Positions 12,270-23,895 of a stretch of 64,000 nucleotides of DNA are shown piece by piece. Origin of the DNA: Macrostomum lignano. Its lineage: Eukaryota. The stretch is from contig NIVC01000930.1 in assembly GCA_002269645.1 (NCBI GenBank), positions 310,001-374,000 of the forward strand. The letters run 5' to 3'. Below the pieces are notes generated by a model. The model was not told the DNA's origin and made no database searches. It saw nothing but the letters and a program-made list of their open reading frames with translations. Position 1 is the stretch's first letter; every line of letters begins with the position of its first letter. The position numbers and the translations under genes were made by a program.

Positions 12270-14476
12270 TTAGGCCCCTAGATCGCTGTCGCCCTTGTCG
12301 CCGTCGACATGGGCCGTGTCGCTGCTGGGGCCAGTGCCGCTGCCGTTGCCAGTGCCGCTGCTGGGGCCACTGCCGCTGCTGGGGCCAGTGCCGCTGCCGT
12401 TGCCAGTGCCGCTGCCCTTGCCAGTGCCGCTGCTGGGGCCAGTGCCGCTGCCGTTGCCAGTGCCGTTGCTGGGGCCAGTGCCGCTGCCGTTGCCAGTGCC
12501 GCTGCTGGGGCCAGTGCCGCTGCCGTTGCCAGTGCCGCTGCTGGGGCCAGTGCCGCTGCCATTGCCAGTGCCGCTGCTGGGGCCAGTGCCGCTGCCGTTG
12601 CCAGTGCCGCTGCCGTTGCCAGTGCCGCGGCCGTGGCCGGTGCCGCTGCGATGGCTAGAGGCCGGCCGGCTGCTATCGCTCTTATGTTTTTTGCTGTTGT
12701 GGGTGCCGTGGCCAAAAGCCGACTTTGAATGACGGCTGTCGTCCTCATCAACACCATCGGGCCTGCTGCGCTTGCTGCTCTTCCGGATGGAAGCGCCGTC
12801 CCCGCTGGTGGGCGCCTCCTTGTCGGTCCGCCTTCGCTTCTGATGCTGGCTGGCACTGCCGGCGTCAGCATCAGCCTGATCATCAGCAGTTCCGGTGGCA
12901 GCGGTGGGGTTCTGATCGTCAGGCCTGCTGTTGGCCTTGTTAGCGGATTCGCGTTTGGTCTTGTTCCTGCATGCGGTGGGCGTGGAAGATTAGGAAATGG
13001 AAAGTGCATCTAATTAACTACATATCGACAAGCATTCCAGGAATCCTTTATTCCCAATCATATGGCATACTGTTGTTTAAGCAGTATATAAGGCACGTAG
13101 TGCACTATTACAGTATTATATTACCGTAGTTATGCAGCCCATATAACCATTGCCACTGCTACCCTTTGTACTAGTGCTACCACTTTTATGATAGAACACC
13201 GTATTCCTTACCGCAAGGTGACCTCCTTCACTGCGCCGAAAGCACGCCCCAGCAGGCAGGTTCCACTGCTGGGGTCCGTAGTCGGAACTTTGACGTCGCT
13301 TAGGAAGGCAATAATGGCCTCCCTTTTGGCCTCAGGGATGGGCGGCAGGTTTCTTCCGCCGTCCCACTGGCGACCGGTGAAGGAGCAATTCAGCTGCTCC
13401 TCCTCCGTGAAAACTTCACGACAGAGAAGGCGCAGAAGCGCCTTCTGGCTCGTCTGCGTTTTTTGCCTATGGAACGCTGCTACGGTGCTGCGCATCGGGC
13501 CGAAGAAACTGTGCCTAACAAAGACAGCCGGGTGAGACCCTACTAGCGGTACCAACTCATCATCCGAGTTCCTCGCCGTCTGGGATGCTTCGTCCAGCCT
13601 TGGGAGCGCACACCGCATGCTAGCCGCGACCGTCGATCGCAGTGCGCCACTCAAGCTTCCAAGCCGCGAATCCGCGGGCGCCGTGGCACTGGCCGTGACG
13701 TCTACCATGTCCCCGCCTCCCACAGAGGCCATGGATGGCATCTGAAGTGTGTGATCTGCGATCTTCATACCACACGACTCATCACTGGACGCGATTGCTG
13801 CAGCTGTCTGCTCCATGAGCTCCTGTTGAGCACTTCCCAGGCAAACAGCCGTCTTGTGCATGGCCTGCAGCAGCGTCTGCTGTATCGCCGTCACCGCTTT
13901 GAGCTGATCTGCCGATCGACGCCAGCGCTCGTAGAAGACGTCATGAGCACCTTGCTGTTCAGCGTCCCCCAGCTGTTCCAGCTCCTTCTTCGCCACGTCC
14001 AGCTCCGAACGCAGTTTTTCCACCTTTCGCTCCAGGTCCTCCACCACAGCACTGTGGACCTCCCGCTGGGACTCTTGCAGGTCCTGCATCTGGCGGAGAC
14101 GCGTCTTCAGGGTGCCAACCTCCTGCCGGTAGCTGGCGCACATGCTGCAACCGTCGTCCGGGAGGTCAACAGCGCCACTGGCCACCAGGAACTTCTTCCG
14201 GAATTTCCCAAGCTCCTTTAGGGCTGTATTCCGTGGACCAGCAATTGGTCCGTGTACCAGTTCGACAGCTTGCGCCTTGCTTCGCTGGCTAGTACGGGCC
14301 TCTACGTGCTGCCCTTCCGCATAGGGGCCGCTGCCTGACGTACCTTCGGCCTTGATGTACTCCTCAGAGAACAGGTCGTTTTCGCCGGCGCTGCGTCCGG
14401 CGAGAATCTTGCCAACCCAGTAGCGTGGAAATTGTTGGTCATTAGTCGTCGTACGCTTGCGTCTGGCGTTCAGCAT
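12270..14476 (-). CDS. Transposon-borne coiled-coil + BEN-domain protein with a Gly/Ser/Thr-repeat tail (exons 14476-13212, 12966-12270)
   Basis: ORF 14476-13208 has an N-terminal beta-rich segment, a CSMC motif, a long heptad region, then LVPLVGSHPAVFV...KALLRLLCREVFTEEEQLNCSFTG...LPPIPEAKREAIIAFL, a BEN-like pattern. A phase-2 intron (CG|gtaagg...catgcag|G) continues in frame as RNKTKRESANK...QKRRRTDKE...(GTGNGS/GTGPSS)n...DLGA* to TAA at 12272-12270. The start codon is uncertain and an upstream exon is possible. Confidence 0.75.
12318..12640 (-). repeat. 18/36-bp coding tandem repeat within BEN gene exon 2 (encodes GTGNGS/GTGPSS)
   Basis: Alternating GCTGCTGGGGCCAGTGCC / GCTGCCGTTGCCAGTGCC units on the plus strand. 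Confidence 0.9.
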
Positions 14477-14596
14477 TTTCTATGGGCGTAACTTGCAGAC
14501 GCTTGTTCTAATCAACGCTGCTTCGAAAAGTGGTGGTCCGGGTGCTGGAAAATCGGATATTGAGGCGTCACTTGTAGATTCATGCCTGTCAGTAAG

Positions 14597-14738
14597 CAGT
14601 GTTGGGCACTAACTAGTTAAATAGTTTACTAGTTATTAACGAAGTTAGTGTTTCACTAACTTTTAGCAGTTTTCCGTTACTTAATTTCTTTTCAACGAAC
14701 CTAATGCCCCCCTTAAAAAATTGCTGGCTGCGCCACTG

Positions 14739-14788
<50 letters not shown>

Positions 14789-15081
14789 CCTCTCTATCTC
14801 TCTCTCTCTCTCGCTCTCTCCCACTGTCTCTCTCTGTCTTGGTCTCTCCCGAAATTGGGCCATTGGCACAAAAAGTAACAGAGGAGAGGATGCGGAGAGG
14901 AAAAATGAACTAAGTACTTTGTATTACTACAGTAATATGCGGAAAGTTAACTTTTTAACTTAAGTCACTTTTTTCTGAAAAGTTAAAAAGTTATCCAAGT
15001 TAAGTTACTTTTTTTGCCAGTTAAAGTTAACTGTTTAACTTTTAACGAAGTTACTTTTCCAATTAACTTTGCCCAACACTG
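14597..15081. mobile_element. Non-autonomous hAT-type MITE nested in the CACTA element
   Basis: 12-bp TIRs CAGTGTTGGGCA (14597-14608) / TGCCCAACACTG (15070-15081), an exact 8-bp TSD TCAGTAAG (14589-14596, 15082-15089), internal AAGTTAAC/AAGTTACT-type repeats and a CT tract. Confidence 0.92.
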
Positions 15082-16194
15082 TCAGTAAGTAGGTATGCAC
15101 ATTATATTAAGTTGTGTATAGCTGCTGCTAATATTAATAATATTTTAAGACTTTTGAGCATATCATTTAGGAGAACATATAATAAGACTTGCCTATACTA
15201 TGGCTTATATTAAGAGTACATAATAAGACACCTGCCTATACGCAATAAACGTTCTCGACCGCATGTATTACCTACATACCTGGAAAGGTTGTAAGTACCC
15301 TAAAACAAAAGTGTAATAAGTACACCCCGATTGAAATTTCTTAGTGGGTACCTGTAGTAGTACGTCCCCTCCCCTCGATCAGCGCTATTTTAGAGTCTGT
15401 CAGCGTATTGAACCCGTGATGTAAGTTGCGAAAAACGTAATTACAGTTTTTTTTATTTACATCGGTTGTCATTCGCAGATTACATGTCGCCACTTGTTAC
15501 CTAATATACAGTAACGTACATTCAGATCTACGCTATTACACGTCATCATGCCCTCCACTACTACACGCCTTATGCTGCACCAAATGACCCCATGTAGCTG
15601 TGGAAGACATATGGAAGACATGGAAAAGATAATGGACAACACGAAACGGAAGCAGAAATATGTGAGCTGTCCCTCAGCCGTGCGACCGCTCTCGCCCTTT
15701 CATGTCATACGAACGTTTATGTGGAAATGCATTTGTGGAAGTACACCGCATGTGCTGTAGTACGCACTAGGCGAGACGCCAAAACTTCGGTTTTTAGTAA
15801 AGTGCAGTAAATGCATCGTAGCACGATATTTATATGCAGTTCATCGAGGGCACTGTAAATAGGGGGAAGGAGATCGGTACATCCATTACACTACTGTCTT
15901 AAATGCTGCGTCGAAATGCGACAGATGTATAGCTGTGCAAGATAAGACGTGCGTGGGAGACATGGAAACAAGAAAGGATGACCGGTATGTCAAAAGTAAT
16001 ATATATGGAGAAAAACTGGCACTGTTGCTGTGCGCACGTGGCAGGACGCCAAAACCGCACTGTCATACTGTACAGTAAATGCATAAATGCAAGGTAGCAC
16101 GATATTTATATGCAGTTCATCGAGGGCACTGTAAATAGGGGGAAGGAGATCGGTACATCCATTACACTACTGTCTTATGCTCACGTCATCACTG

Positions 16195-18341
16195 TCACCG
16201 CCCCATATTGGCTAGCTCCGGCAAATCAATGCGCAGATGAATGTCACGATTTTTGTTCACGACGGCAGCGGCGTGGTGCCACATTTCAATGTTACTCGTG
16301 GGCAGTTCCGTCCAACGGATGTAAACTTCCAACAGGCTCGGGCATTCCCTGGCCAGCAGCGTCAGACAGTCCGGCGTAACGGCGGTGCCATCGAGCCACA
16401 GCCAGTTAAGGCTGGTCGCGACGGAACAGGTGCACAGACGCGATAGACTGCCATCGTCGAGGCTGGGGCAGTTTGCGAGCGTCAGTTCGAGCATTGCAGC
16501 AGAGGCGTGGTCGGCTGGACGAATACCTGCAGGAGGGAGAGTCTCCCAGGCTTTGCCCGTCACCAGCCGACAGTCCAACAAGTGCAGGCACTGCAGCTGT
16601 GGCAGCGTGAGTAACAGACAGGCCACGAGACTGTCGTCGCAGGCGGGCCACGAGATAGTCACGTGAGTCAGGCCTGCGTACGGATGGAGAAGTGTACATA
16701 GTAGCGTCCAGTGTGCAGTGTGTAGGTCTAGAGCGGAGGCGTGCGCACCATACAGGATGAACATGCATGCCTCATAAAGACTAAGACTAACGTCACGTGC
16801 ATGCACATTTGTGCGTCAAATGTAATATGCACCACACTCACCACGACATCCGCCGAGAGCGGTCGCGAATGCAGGCTCACCGACCCTGATCCCGCAAGCT
16901 TCGTCGGTGGGCGTGACGTAAAGCTGCAGCACTCGTAGCGACGGAGGTAGCCGAGTGCCACGGAAAACGTCGGCAGACCCGGCTGGCGCGTCCGGACTGG
17001 CAGCTATCTGGTATCTCAGCCGCGTCAAGTCGGGCAGCTCCTGGCAGGCCAACCGGAAGCCCTCCGCGCCCAGACTGAGGCAGTGGACGAGGCTTAGGCT
17101 TTGGAGCCCAGGCCAGCACTTCAGCAGTTGCCGCAGGCCCCACACGGTCAGCTTGTCGCCTGCGTCCAGATGCAGGTGACGCAGGTTGGCGCCCTTGAGG
17201 CCGACTCGTGCAGCAATTTGACCGGCGATGGCATCCGTGACGACCTGGCTGTGCACGGTCAAGCGCTGTAGCTGGTCTCCCTGCCCGCTGATGATGTCGA
17301 GCAGCACTGAGAGATAAGGAAGGGTGCATTTCGTCGTTAAAACGCATTCATTATTTAGAAAGAAATTAATGGTTGCACACAATTCCCGGAGAAGGCCTAT
17401 ACGTAATTACTAAGCCCACTACGAAGTGACTATTTTTAAATGGATTGTAACAACATGCCTCGTGTAGCCCTGGCCGGAGACGGGGATGCCGGCGGGTCTA
17501 GGGTGACCTCACGCAGCCGGGTGAAGCGGCACCAGCCTGTAGCGATGGCCGCTGCTACGGGACCAGCTGAAGTGGCAAGCATGTCTGCGCGGACATGCAA
17601 CACCTGTAGGAATGCCGGAGAAGGGGGGGGTGAAGTTAATAATATTAATACATAGACAGCCATCTCGACTAAAAGGACTGTGCCATGTGACATGAGAACG
17701 TATGTGACATGGGTCATATGACCTTACTGTTTGAGCAATTATACATGCCGTATTACCTGTATGCGGCCCAGCAGTCGGCAAAAGGGTGCAGCGCACTGTG
17801 CGACGTCGCCACCAAAGATTTCCTCGCCGTCTGTCAACAGCTCCAGCTTCTCCAGTCTGGGACAACCGTCGCTCAGACTGGCCAGCGCCTCCGGGTTGAA
17901 GATGCCTGGGCATTCTGCCAATGATAGCTCCCGCAGTTGTAGGCAACTGCGACCAGCCACCGTGAGGAGGTTTGGGCCGCCGGTGTACTGGCCCATGTCC
18001 AGCAGGCGGAGCGTACGCAGCTCGCCGCAGCGCAGAAGGAGCGTGGCAGCGCGGTCGATGGCGATCGCGCTAGGCGGCTCGAACACGGTGCCCAAATCTA
18101 ACTCTTTCGCCGCCGTCGCCAAGGTCATGAGCCGTGCCGCTGTGCTGTAGTCGTCCAGTGCAGTGGCGGTGACAGGCAGTCTCTCCCACAACACTGGTGC
18201 GCGGACGACGTCTGCCCAACGGCGGCATACTTGTGCGCACACCAGCCGAGTGGGTACCGTGAGGTGCTGCAACACCTGCATGAGCAACTCCGACGGCAGC
18301 ACGTCAATGGTAGGTGGGGCACGGCCGGTCGATGACTGCAT
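16195..18341 (-). CDS. Transposon-borne F-box/leucine-rich-repeat (FBXL-like) protein, ~575 aa (exons 18341-17757, 17603-17459, 17306-16842, 16727-16195)
   Basis: Classic F-box IDVLPSELLMQVLQHLTVPTRLVCAQVCRRWADVVRAPVLW, followed by Cys-containing LRRs (LRELSLAECP, LEKLELL, LRHLHLD, LQSLSLVHC, LELTLANCPSLDD, LNWLWLDGT). Splice phases 0, 1 and 1 join in frame (total 1728 nt). The intron-2 donor (GC) and the last acceptor are the least certain parts. Confidence 0.88.
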
Positions 18342-19275
18342 CGCTCGGCAGTTCGGCGGAGCTGTAATCCACATGCGAGGGACGGGGTTCAAATAAACTT
18401 GATTACTGTATTAATGCAGTACTGCAGTAATGGATTAATGCAGTACCGTAAGTTGTACGGTAGGTTCATGTGCAGTTCAGCTTTTGTTGTTGTTGCTTTT
18501 AGGGAGAAGTCGTACGAGAAAATGGAGCAATTCCTGTACTAATTTGTAGTAGTAGTAGTTGTTGTTGTTTCTGCACAATATGTTTTACACTATATTCGAA
18601 GACATGCAAAACATGGACAGCTGCCGTATACCGTGCAAGAGAAACAAGGAATAGGAAGTTCCGTGAAGTCGTTTCAATTCTTAAAATAACGAGACGTGCA
18701 GCAGGTGAAGTAGAGTGAACAGCGGTTGGGAGCGGTGTATTTAACAGACAGTACAAGAATAGTATAAGTAACCCAAACAAAAGTTTACAGACAGTAATAT
18801 TACGTAATAGTATAGGCACTTATGCACTACATACAGCACATCGCTATATACACAATAATAACATTCTTATACTAGCTGCAGTATTCATGCCACACTATAT
18901 ACAACGTTGTTATATGCTAACAATATTCTTTCCTTCGAAATGCAATCTAGCCAGCAGGCCTAAAGCAGACAAAAACCAAAGCTAAGCCCCTGCACACAGG
19001 CCTACAGTGGACAGATTATGAACAGTTAATGACTTTTCCTTTTCCCTTGTCTCTTTCATGGCCTTCCCCGTACTTCCAGATGTCACAATGCAACAAGTCA
19101 AACAAAAGCATTAAGAAGAGACAGCAGAGAGGCCGACAGCAGAAGCAGGTGATGACAGTAGTCGTCCGGAAGGCAGTTGTGGTGGCCTGGGGTCTGGCGG
19201 GACGGCTCCCCGGGCTACCCCTGCTTTGAGGAGCTCCAACTCCTACCCGCAACCCCTGACTGCTCTTTATCTCTT

Positions 19276-19328
<53 letters not shown>

Positions 19329-19609
19329 ATCCCAAGACCCAGCCGCTCTTCCCCAGACCCAGACCCGGCCACTACGGCCCCAAGACCCAAGACCCAGCCC
19401 CCATGCCTGCTGAGGCCTGTTCTAGTGCGTTACTCACTGTTGGACTTGAGGGGGCCGAGACCCCATAAATATACTAGCCTTGGGAGCCTTCGCTCCCCAA
19501 GGTTCGTCTCTCTCTGTTTGTGCCCATGCATCGGGAAGCCATTTCCCCTCTGGCGATACTGCCTTAGAATCCTACCGTGTTCCGACTTCATACACAAGTC
19601 ATGAAAGCA

Positions 19610-19702
19610 GTCCTGCAGAACGATGGGCGCATAGGCAATCAGCCATATTTCGGATTCGTGCCCACGGAACTTCTTCAGCTCGCGCAGTGTGCGCGTTCCA
19701 CG
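19610..19702 (-). pseudogene. Isolated relic of a second, divergent EnSpm-like transposase
   Basis: RGTRTLRELKKFRGHESEIWLIAYAPIVLQD aligns without gaps to RGPRTLADLGHFRGHEFECWLLVYGPMVLGD of the main transposase (19/31 identical by eye); the flanking sequence does not align. Confidence 0.75.
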
Positions 19703-20330
19703 CAGTTCAACGCTACGGAATCCGCCCTGCAGGGCAGATTCAGACCCAAGAATCTGCCCTGCACAGCAGATTCCTTTTAGGCAGAAAAAATTCAATGGAA
19801 TCCGCGACGATTCCACAAGGAATCGCACCAGGAATCCGTCATATTTCCCAGCGGGATATAGGGGACAGATATATCTATAGACATGTAGCTACGGATCACT
19901 GGTAGATACTTGCCATTGTCTGAGTAAATATAATATGCAGACGTACAAAAGGCGTAAACTAAGAGGTACGATAAAGTACGATAAAGAGGTACGATTAAAG
20001 AGGTACGATAGACAGCTGATGAAAGTTACACATCTTCGTGCATATTACGTTGTCATATATATATACTCGTCCTTGAAGGTGGCCATTGGAAATACAGATC
20101 GAGAAAAGTGACAAACATGGCTAAATATATGCACAGAATAGAAGCAGTGCCGATCAGGGACAGCAGCAGCGGAGGTGTACACACTGATCTACACACTTGT
20201 CCTCGTCGGAGTAAATGTGAGAATACGGGATGGACAGAAGTCGGGCTGCGGACAGTCGGAGACACTAGACATGGATTGCAGTTGTCTGACACACTTGTTC
20301 GGCAAATCTTCGGCACTTGCCGCCCGCCCA

Positions 20331-23300
20331 CTAGGCGGCGAAGGAGGTTTGCACGTGCGGGAGGAAAGCTATGTGGGTGTCAGTTACACAGCATGTGCCA
20401 AGCACGTCCACCACGGGGAGACAGAAGTGCATGCCGCCGATGTCGCCGAATGGGTTGTCGACGACGCGCTGAATGTGCCTCAGTCGGCAGCCGTCGTTCT
20501 GTGCGACGCCCGAGATGTAGTATTCCGGGTCCAGAAGGCAGACGGTACGAAGGCGACGCACCATCAGGATTGCAGTCCCGCGGGTGGGGGACCTGCGGAT
20601 GGCGTCGACGCGACCGAAAGCCAGTTGGACACCGTCGTCACTGGCGGCGAAGGCGACGAAGCAGCACAGGGACCGCTGGTGCTGTAGCGCGGGCAAGTAG
20701 CGCTCAATGCGCCATCCGTTGGTCAACAGAGCCCAGCGGAACTCGTCGTCATGTAGCTTGGTGTACACCCTGGTCCCGTCGGCCATGGTCTCTTGGACAC
20801 CCTGAAGGAATCCACGGGCCGCAAAGGGCGAGGCCAGGCCCAACTGGTGCATGACGGCACGCCTGCTGAATTGCCGTCTGATGGCAGAGTGCACCTGAGT
20901 GAAATGAAGGGTGGGAGGCGCCCGTTGCAAGTTAGGTAACGGTCTGATGCAGCAACGCAAGCCCTCGGAGGGGAACATGGTATCAAGGGGGAACCTTTGT
21001 AATTATATATACCACGATAACCCAGGGGGTGGGTTTCTAGTGCGATACAAGAGTGGGCATCCTGCATACGTACTGACTACTAGTGAGTAGAATATAGAGG
21101 CGTAGATGCCATTATACTATATTTTTCTAATTAGAGAAAAGGGTCTCTCTGCGTACCTGATCACCGACGAACCTGGCGCCCTTGACGCGCGTTTTGAGGC
21201 CGTAGTGCAGAGACTCGAACAGGCCGGCGGAGGTGCGCCACACGGGTCCGAAGAGAAAGGCTGCGGGAACGAGGTGCTCACAGACCTGGTGGGCATTGTA
21301 GGTCATGGCGGCCGGCGAAAACCCATCCTTCAGGCTGGCGTAGAATACTCGCAGGGTCTTCGCTGCACGAGTAACTTCCGTCAGCGGGCAGTTCTCCAGA
21401 GACAGCCAGAAGATGGAAGAGGACAGGAGCAGCAGTTGATTGTAATAGAACGGTCCCAGCGTGTCGCCGAGAACCATGGGGCCGTACACCAACAGCCAGC
21501 ACTCAAATTCGTGCCCGCGGAAGTGGCCGAGGTCCGCCAGGGTGCGAGGGCCCCGCTGGTGCGACGCAGGCACTCGAATACTGGCCGCCTTGGCGTCCAC
21601 TTCAGCCACATGGCGGGACAAGTCCGGGTTCTCGGCCATCTTGTCAGGTCGCTTGCCGACGGGCAGAAAGTGCTGCCGCAGCAGCCAACCGACAACGCCG
21701 ACGAGGCACTGATGGAGGTAGCAGGGCGGGCAGGAGGTGATGAAGTCGAAGCCCTGCAGCCGATGAAGAGGAGACAGCCTGACGACGCCGAGGTTGTGGC
21801 CTGCGCCCGCCGGAATCGTGGTCGCCAGGAGGATGGTGTCCTGCAATGCCCGGTACCGCGGCCGTGTGCAACCGGCGTCGGATGCTGCTTGCAGCGCGTC
21901 GGCCGAAAGCTCGCATGGGAAAATGCGCGCATTTCCTCCGCGGTCGGCATCATGGAGAGTCACGGTGTAACAGTGATCGCAGCCGTACACTGCTGAGCAG
22001 TGCTGTAACCCAGTCACCTCAACCCTCTGAGGCGCGTCAAGCACGAAGAGGAGCGGATGGAAGCGGATGCAGCCGCCACGCGTGCCGTCTCGTCCACCAC
22101 CTGTGCGGAACATAACACCCTCGATGCGAAGGCTGTTCAGCTGGGCCACCAGCCACGGCAGGAAGGCGTCCACGCTCACCTTGTTCCTGCAGGCCCACAG
22201 AGCGCAGACCACCGTGAAGCGCGCTCGCATGTGGTCGGGGACCTCATTCACGGTAAGGTACACGGGGCAGATGTTGTACACCGCCCGGCTGAACACGGAA
22301 AATGCATCGATGTTGACCGTGACCGTCAGATCTGAGCGAGCGGCCTTGTCAATGAGGTGCGTAAAGGCCGAGTATGCCGTGCTTTGCCACAAGCTCAGAC
22401 CACCCGGCCGCCGCGTGACGTCCGCGGGGAAGGAGACGACCGACAACAGGCCGCAGCGCTCAATGAGCTGCCGTAGCTGGGCTCGCACATCCATCCGCCA
22501 GACCTTGGCGACGCGGTCCACTGACGAAAACTGCTTTCCGCAGGGTTCGCAGGTCAGTGGAAGGGCCTCCTCCACCAGGGGCCGGCTGCACCTAGGACAA
22601 AAAAGAAGTCGTTCGGAGCGCAGGGAGTTGCAGGACTCCAGAAACCGTCGCAGGCGGTACGGGTTGTCGGCAAACACGGCGTCTGGGGGAAGCGCGAGCT
22701 TCGTGTAAAGCAGCAGGTCCGCCGTGGCGTTTCGCGACAACTTGTGCTTCTCGGCTAGGAGCTCTCCGTACACTGCCAAAGTGGCGTATGACAGGTGCGG
22801 CATTGTGCGATGCACCGGTTGCAGAAACCCTGGCGCGATGTGAACGACGCCGTCGTCGCCGCCATGGGCTGCCCCTTCGTCGACAGCACCGCTAGCACCG
22901 CCAGCCCCGTCGCCAGCACCGCCAGCCCCGTCGCCAGCACCGCCATCACCGTTGACACTGTCAGCGGATTCCTCGATGACGTCGTCCCATAGCGCACCCT
23001 GGCGGATGGAAGAGAAAGGGTAGGAAGGGGAGGAAGGAGGGAATCATAACTAGATTGGTTCTAGGCAGCCGATGAACATTGCGTGCTTAAGTTTGCTGAG
23101 TGCTAACTGATATTTGCAGGCAGGATCACATCAGCCACGTATACGCACGAGTGCCAGCCTTCAACAGTACAATGCAAGCCTTACGTCATCACCGTCATCA
23201 TCAGACGTCGCATCGCTGGGGTCAGGACTGCGGTCGGATCCGCGGCCAGAGGCTCCATCGGAGCTGCGGTCAGACCCACGTTCGGAGTCGCAGTCGGATC

Positions 23301-23895
23301 CGCGGCCAGAGGCTCCATCGGAGCTGCGGTCAGACCCACGTTCGGAGCCGCAGTCGGATCCGCGGCCAGAGGCTCCATCGGAGCTGCGGTCAGACCCACG
23401 TTCGGAGCCGCAGTCGGATCCGCGGCCAGGGGCTCTATCGGAGCTGCGGTCAGACCCACGTTCGGAGCCGCAGTCGGATCCGCGGCCAGGGGCTCTATCG
23501 GAGCTGCGGTCAGACCCACGTTCGGAGCCGCAGTCGGATCCGCGGCCAGAGGCTCCATCGGAGCTGCGGTCAGACCCACGTTCGGAGCCGCAGTCGGATC
23601 CGCAGCCAGGGGCTCTATCGGAGCTGCGGTCAGACCCACGTTCGGAGCCGCGGTCGGAACTGCAGTCAGAGCTAGAGCTGAAAAGCTCAGCAGGACCGTC
23701 AGATGAGGCAACACCACCGGCATCGTCCTCGTCATGGTTAGCTGCACCTTGCATCGAACTAGATGCTGCGGCTTGGCCAAACTGCAGCACACGCATGCAC
23801 TTACTTGCAGCTGCAGCTGCACGCCGATCGGACCGACAGACTGCCTCCAGCTTTCTCTTACGGTCGCGCGCTTTGATATGTTTGGCAAAGTCCAT
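20331..23895 (-). CDS. CACTA/EnSpm-family DDE transposase, ~1038 aa (exons 23895-23185, 22998-21157, 20894-20331)
   Basis: Motifs typical of animal EnSpm/CMC transposases: CPRC/CEPC zinc pairs, VTVNIDAF (first D), CPVYLTVNEVP..MR, FVLDAPQR (second D), YGCDHC, CYLH (C/D-x2-H), RGPRTL..L.HFRGHE, TYNAHQVCEHL and FGPVWRTSAGLFES (E). Both introns are GT-AG and phase 0, with no stops or frameshifts. Exon 1 has seven 60-bp repeats (SDCGSERGSDRSSDGASGRG). The start Met (MDFAKHIKARDRKRK) is a best guess. Confidence 0.9.

Noticed and set aside
12278-13009. Ala-rich ORF 12278-13009 (-) and its plus-strand counterparts
   Set aside because: Wrong frame; splice phase from the BEN exon selects a different minus frame (Gly/Ser/Thr tail) ending at 12270.
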